A stretch of DNA of 64,000 bases from an uncultured Ignavibacteria bacterium (GTDB lineage: Bacteria; Bacteroidota; Ignavibacteria; UBA10030; SZUA-254), in contig CAVRTZ010000013.1 in assembly GCA_963724215.1 (NCBI GenBank), positions 14,877-78,876 on the forward strand, written 5' to 3'. Position numbers and translations under genes: made by a program. The notes beneath the pieces were generated by a model. It ran no database searches, was not told the DNA's origin, and saw nothing but the letters and a program-made list of their open reading frames with translations. This document shows, piece by piece, positions 59,999-64,000 of this stretch; positions within the stretch are counted from its first letter, which is position 1, and every line of letters starts with the position of its first letter.

Positions 59999-61561
59999 TC
60001 ACCCGCCTGAATCGTCCACGCTGAACTCCGAATCGTCCGGCCGCCTGCCGTCGTAGAGGTTCCTGAGGGCGTCGTAGGCCATCCTGCTCCCGCGCTGCGC
60101 CGCTTTCCGGTAGTACGAAATCGCACCCGGGATGTCCGCCGCCATCCCGCGTCCCCCCTCGTGGCAATAACCGAGGATGACCTGCGCCAGGACCGATCCC
60201 TCGGCGTCCCAGGCGGCGAGCCGTTTGAGCAACGCCGCGTCCACCGAACCACCGCCGGCGCCGCGGAGGGATGAGATGACGATGCGAAGCTCCGCTTCGC
60301 GGCTGCCGAGCCCGGCGGCGCGCGCCATCAGCAGGTCGCCGGCCGCGTTGTCGACCGGGACGACGAAGCCCGCGTAATGCCACATCGCGAGCTCGACCAT
60401 GGCGTCGGCCATCCCGGCGTCCGCGGCCCGGCGCAGGTGGTCGAGCGCCTGCTCCTGCGTCAGGCGATTGTCAAAACCCCTCGCCAGCAGGCAGGCCCAG
60501 ACGTACGACGCCTTCGGGTCGTTCCGGCCGATCCGCCGCGTGAGATCGTCGTAGAGCGCGGGACCCGACGAGAGCCTCCAGAGGAGGACCGGCGCCCACC
60601 TCGATTCGCAACGGACGGCCCGGATGTAGTAGTACGCCGCCTCCACCCGGTCCCTGCCCACGTCCGCGCCGCGGTCGTAACGGCGCCCGAGGAATGTCAG
60701 CGCTTCCGGGCTCCCCGCTTCGGCGGCGATGGAAATTCGCACGAGGTCGATCGAATCGGTTGCGACCGATGAATCGGCGTCGTCCGCCCGGTCACGCATC
60801 CGGTCCGTCGTGCTGTGGACCGCCTCGCGCGCGAGCGTCGTATCGTCCGGGTCGGCCAGCGTGTCGGTCGCGAGATCGAGGAACACCGGTTTCCACGCCG
60901 AGGAGGACGAGCCCGGCGCGCCGGACGACGCTTTCGGGTCCGTCGACGATTTCTTTTTCGCCGCCGCCTTCCCGCTGGCCCGGATCTGCGCCATGATGCC
61001 GGTCTTTTCGAAATCCGCCAGCACCTCGACCGCGTACTTGTTCCCCGAATCCGCCGCGGCCTTGATCCACCGGTAGGCCTCCGGGTAGTCCCTCGGAACC
61101 ACCAGGTTGTCGGTATGCAAAAGTCCCGTGATGTACATCCCTTCAGGCATCCCCTCCTCGGCCGTCCTCTCGAAATTCCGGTACGCGCCGAAGGGGTCCC
61201 AGTCCATCCCCCACCCGTTGTTTTTCAGGATGCCCTGGTTGTAGAGCGCGGGGAGGTAATCCTGCTCGGCGGCCCGCCCGATCCAGAGGGCGGCCTTCGC
61301 GGTATCGGGGGCGAAATCCTGGCCCTGCAGGTACCGGAGGCCGAGCTCGTGCTGGGCCACGGGGTCGCCGGTGTTCGCCTTCTTGACCAGCATGAAAGCG
61401 TCGAAGAGGATCTCGGTCGACCGGTCGACCTTCAGATAGAAGGGGCTTCTCCCGGCCGCGGGGTCGCGGAGCACCGGGCTTTTCGATTGGGCCGTCCCGT
61501 ACTGTCCGGCGCCGGGGCCCGACAGCGCCAGGAGCGTCACAAGCGCCAGGGACCGGGCCAT
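59999..61561 (-). CDS. Sel1-like (SLR/TPR) repeat protein, secreted
   Basis: Repeated A..W[YL]..AA..G...A...LG..Y..G.GV units. The signal peptide MARSLALVTLLALSGPGAG starts at the internal ATG 61561 (ORF opens at 61636). Confidence 0.7.
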   Translation of the reverse strand: MARSLALVTLLALSGPGAGQYGTAQSKSPVLRDPAAGRSPFYLKVDRSTEILFDAFMLVKKANTGDPVAQHELGLRYLQGQDFAPDTAKAALWIGRAAEQDYLPALYNQGILKNNGWGMDWDPFGAYRNFERTAEEGMPEGMYITGLLHTDNLVVPRDYPEAYRWIKAAADSGNKYAVEVLADFEKTGIMAQIRASGKAAAKKKSSTDPKASSGAPGSSSSAWKPVFLDLATDTLADPDDTTLAREAVHSTTDRMRDRADDADSSVATDSIDLVRISIAAEAGSPEALTFLGRRYDRGADVGRDRVEAAYYYIRAVRCESRWAPVLLWRLSSGPALYDDLTRRIGRNDPKASYVWACLLARGFDNRLTQEQALDHLRRAADAGMADAMVELAMWHYAGFVVPVDNAAGDLLMARAAGLGSREAELRIVISSLRGAGGGSVDAALLKRLAAWDAEGSVLAQVILGYCHEGGRGMAADIPGAISYYRKAAQRGSRMAYDALRNLYDGRRPDDSEFSVDDSGG

Positions 61562-61757
61562 CGTGGCGCGGGATGGAAACTCCGGGGGTAGGCGCCGGCC
61601 GGCGGCGATGTCGCGATGGAATCGATGGAAAATCATGCCCCGGAAAGATATAAATTTATTCCACCCGGTTCAAACGTATCCGGATGGCCTGTTTCACCGT
61701 ACAAAGACTGTATGGCCCTTACTCAATAACAAGAACGAACCGCCGGAGATTCATCCA

Positions 61758-63602
61758 ATGACGTCATTCATAAAATTTTTCCTCTCCGCGAGCATGCTCA
61801 CCGCCTGCGGAGTTTTCGACGCAACCGCCCGACCTCCGGGCGACGCGATGTTCCAGGCCGGCCCGTCCCGCTCCGGCGTCCAGGACACGAGGCCGATGGG
61901 CCGCTTCAAGCAGTTGCGCTTCGCCTTCCAGACCGGGGGGATGGTCAGGAGCACCCCGGCACTCTCCAATGGCGCGCTGTATTTCGGCAGCGGCGATGAA
62001 CACCTCTATGCGCTCGACGCCCGGAGCGGCCGGGAGCTCTGGCGGTACAAAACGGGCGGGGCGGTCCACAGCTCGCCCGCGGTCGCCGGCGGCACGGTCT
62101 GGTTCACCAGCCGGGACGGGAACCTCTACGCCCTCGACGCGGCGACCGGAACGAAGCGCTGGGCCCTGCGGTTCGGTCCGGAGTTGCCCTACCAGTACGG
62201 GTTCGATTATTACACATCCTCGCCCGCGATCGAAGGGGGGATGCTCTTCGTCGGCGCGGGGGACGGGAAGCTTTACGCGGTCGATGCGGCAACCGGCGAG
62301 GTCGGGTGGGCCTACCCGGCGGGTTCGCGCATCAGGAGCTCGCCCGCGGTGTCCGGGGAAACGATCGTCTTCGGCACGGTGGACGGGCGCGTGATCGCCC
62401 TCGGGAAGGCGGACGGCACGGAGAAATGGACGTTCGCGACGCAGGGGGCGGCGATGAATTTCGAGGAATGGGGGTTCGACCGGGCGGCCGTCATCTCGTC
62501 GCCGTCGGTCGCCGACGGGATCGTCACCGTGGGGTGCCGGGACGGGTTCCTCTACGCCCTCGATCTCGCGACGGGAGAATTGAAGTGGAAGAACGACCAC
62601 CGGATCTCCTGGGCGATCTCCACACCGGGCCGGGCCGACGGCCTCGTTTATTGCGGGAGTTCCGACGCGCGGTTCTATCAATGCCTCGACGCAAAAACAG
62701 GGGAAGAGCGCTGGAAGTTCGACGCGGCGGGCGGAGTCTGGTCCTCGCCGGCGATCGCGGGGAACGAGCTCTACTTCGGCGACTTCGGCGGCCACGTGTA
62801 TGGCATCAGCCGTACGAACGGCAGGGAAATCTGGCGGTACACCGTCGGCGCCGCGGTGTACGCCTCTCCGACGGTCGACGACGGCGTGGTGTTCTGCGGG
62901 AGCGACGACGGGGTGCTCTACGCGTTCGAGGGGACGGGGGACACCGCGGCCAGGCCGCCGCCGATGAAGGCGGTCTTCTGGGATTATCGGGCCGGCTTCA
63001 ACTGGTTCCGGAACGGTGTGGATGTCTGGGTCCGCGACTATTTTACAAAAGAGGGATACGAACTCCTCGACTCCCCGGGCCTCGTGAAATTCCTCACACA
63101 ACGCGCCGCCGACGGCGCTCCGAGCGTCGTCGTTTTCGCCGAGAACAGGATCCCCGACGATGTGTCCGGGTCGTCCCCGGAGAGCTCGCTCGTCCGGTCG
63201 TACCTCGATTCCGGCGGAAAAGTGGTCCTCCTCGGGCCGCAGCCGCTCGCGTACCTCCGGGATTCGGCGGGCCAGGTCGTGGACGTCGATTTCTCCCGCG
63301 CGGGAAAAATCTTCGGCGTGAGATACCCGGGGGACCGGTACGACCGCAAGGGCTGGTACGGCTCGCGGGTCACCGCCGACGGAACACGGTGGGGGCTGAC
63401 GGGATGGTGGGTCGGACTCTTCTCGACCGTCGAAACCGACCAGGTCACCACCGTCCTCGCGCTGGACGAATTCGGGATGGCCGGGGCCTGGGTGAAAAAT
63501 TACGGCGGTCCCGAGGGAACGGGTCTGGTCCAGCTCTGGATACCTCCGGGCACCGCTGTCGACCTGACAAGGGTGAAGGCGGCGGCGGAGCATGGGTTTT
63601 AA
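61758..63602 (+). CDS. PQQ-like (BamB-type) beta-propeller repeat protein with extra C-terminal domain
   Basis: MTSFIKFFLSASMLTACG lipobox at ATG 61758 (ORF opens at 61563). Eight repeats of type SSPAV..G.V[YF]FGS.DG.LYALDA.TG...W. Confidence 0.75.
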   Translation: MTSFIKFFLSASMLTACGVFDATARPPGDAMFQAGPSRSGVQDTRPMGRFKQLRFAFQTGGMVRSTPALSNGALYFGSGDEHLYALDARSGRELWRYKTGGAVHSSPAVAGGTVWFTSRDGNLYALDAATGTKRWALRFGPELPYQYGFDYYTSSPAIEGGMLFVGAGDGKLYAVDAATGEVGWAYPAGSRIRSSPAVSGETIVFGTVDGRVIALGKADGTEKWTFATQGAAMNFEEWGFDRAAVISSPSVADGIVTVGCRDGFLYALDLATGELKWKNDHRISWAISTPGRADGLVYCGSSDARFYQCLDAKTGEERWKFDAAGGVWSSPAIAGNELYFGDFGGHVYGISRTNGREIWRYTVGAAVYASPTVDDGVVFCGSDDGVLYAFEGTGDTAARPPPMKAVFWDYRAGFNWFRNGVDVWVRDYFTKEGYELLDSPGLVKFLTQRAADGAPSVVVFAENRIPDDVSGSSPESSLVRSYLDSGGKVVLLGPQPLAYLRDSAGQVVDVDFSRAGKIFGVRYPGDRYDRKGWYGSRVTADGTRWGLTGWWVGLFSTVETDQVTTVLALDEFGMAGAWVKNYGGPEGTGLVQLWIPPGTAVDLTRVKAAAEHGF

Positions 63603-63736
63603 CAGCGGCCTTCCGACGCCGGGGGGACCCTGACTTGATTTTCTAGCCGCCGGGAGATACATTTCTCGCATCCATCATTGATGCGTCGGCCGGCCCACTA
63701 CCCCGGAATCACGGCGGGAGGCCGGCCTTCTCCCGA

Positions 63737-64000
63737 AGAGGCCTGTTTGAAAATCATCGCGATCATTTTCTGTCTCGTTCTTTTGAACAGCGCGGGCGTG
63801 TCCGCCCAGCCGGCCGCCGCGACCCGCGGAGCGGGCGGCGGCAAGTTTCCACGGAACCCCGGAGAAGGTCTCCGTCAATTATGCCAGGCGCGCCCTCCAG
63901 GGATTCGACATGAGGGTGTGGATCAGCAACCAGATGACCCTCGGATTGGAGGCCTGGGACTGCGGGGTGGCCGGGAGCTGCATCCCCGAGGATCCACCCT
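63737..64000 (+). CDS. Possible 3'-truncated ORF with signal peptide (runs off the window end)
   Basis: The frame is open from TTG 63737 to nt 64000. It starts (L)KIIAIIFCLVLLNSAGVSAQ. It is not in the ORF track because it has no stop. Start codon and function are unknown. Confidence 0.25.

Noticed and set aside
61764-63671. 635-aa ORF antisense to the PQQ-propeller gene
   Set aside because: A shadow ORF of the same kind. The same verdict applies to 50445..52331, 52871..54355, 46076..47350, 47400..48539, 43476..44594, 24028..25128, 56291..57553, 58130..59347, 20739..21584 and 10646..11614. All have Arg/Gly/Pro/Asp-rich translations opposite genes with clear motifs.

Overview
64-kb fragment of a high-GC bacterium. 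Spot counts of single 60-nt lines give about 65-77 % GC. Five proteins end in the T9SS Por-tail pattern NYPNPFNP..., and FISUMP and SBBP repeats occur, so it is probably a member of the FCB superphylum. No rRNA, CRISPR array, integrase or transposase was seen.

Layout:
- nt 1-8.7 kb: a much AT-richer block (spot counts 33-47 % GC). It holds a triple-FISUMP surface protein, two AbiEi-family loci (one a complete AbiEi/AbiEii type IV TA pair) and a BNR/T9SS protein. It ends at a truncated tRNA-like sequence next to a hipBA module.
- 10.7-20 kb: an SBBP/T9SS protein, then a minus-strand cluster of MacAB-type exporter genes followed by a sigma54 activator and a histidine kinase.
- 20-27.5 kb: a cfa-like methyltransferase flanked by an intact and a decayed copy of a Mug-like glycosylase gene start, a SEC-C/His-repeat membrane protein, ychF, and lipoproteins.
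- 27.9-33.8 kb: a 1953-aa PKD/Ig adhesin.
- 34-43.3 kb: catalase, beta carbonic anhydrase, BNR and sortilin-like propellers, and a LolA-like protein.
- 43.5-49.6 kb: a DEAD-box helicase, two tandem multi-cupredoxin proteins and a degenerate sigma54-activator-like regulator.
- 49.7-52.3 kb: a lower-GC divergent pair, a 4-TM protein and a P-loop NTPase. This is my best candidate for an undescribed conflict system.
- 52.4-64 kb: housekeeping genes (GNAT, ProDH-like, cutC, pdxB, oxidoreductase, pabABC, Sel1, PQQ propeller).

Many genes are broken by frameshifts, and the breaks are strongly clustered at 14-20.4, 34-43.3 and 52.4-54.6 kb. Start/stop overlaps (ATGA or GTGA) mark several operon junctions. 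All family assignments come from motif recognition by eye, not from searches.
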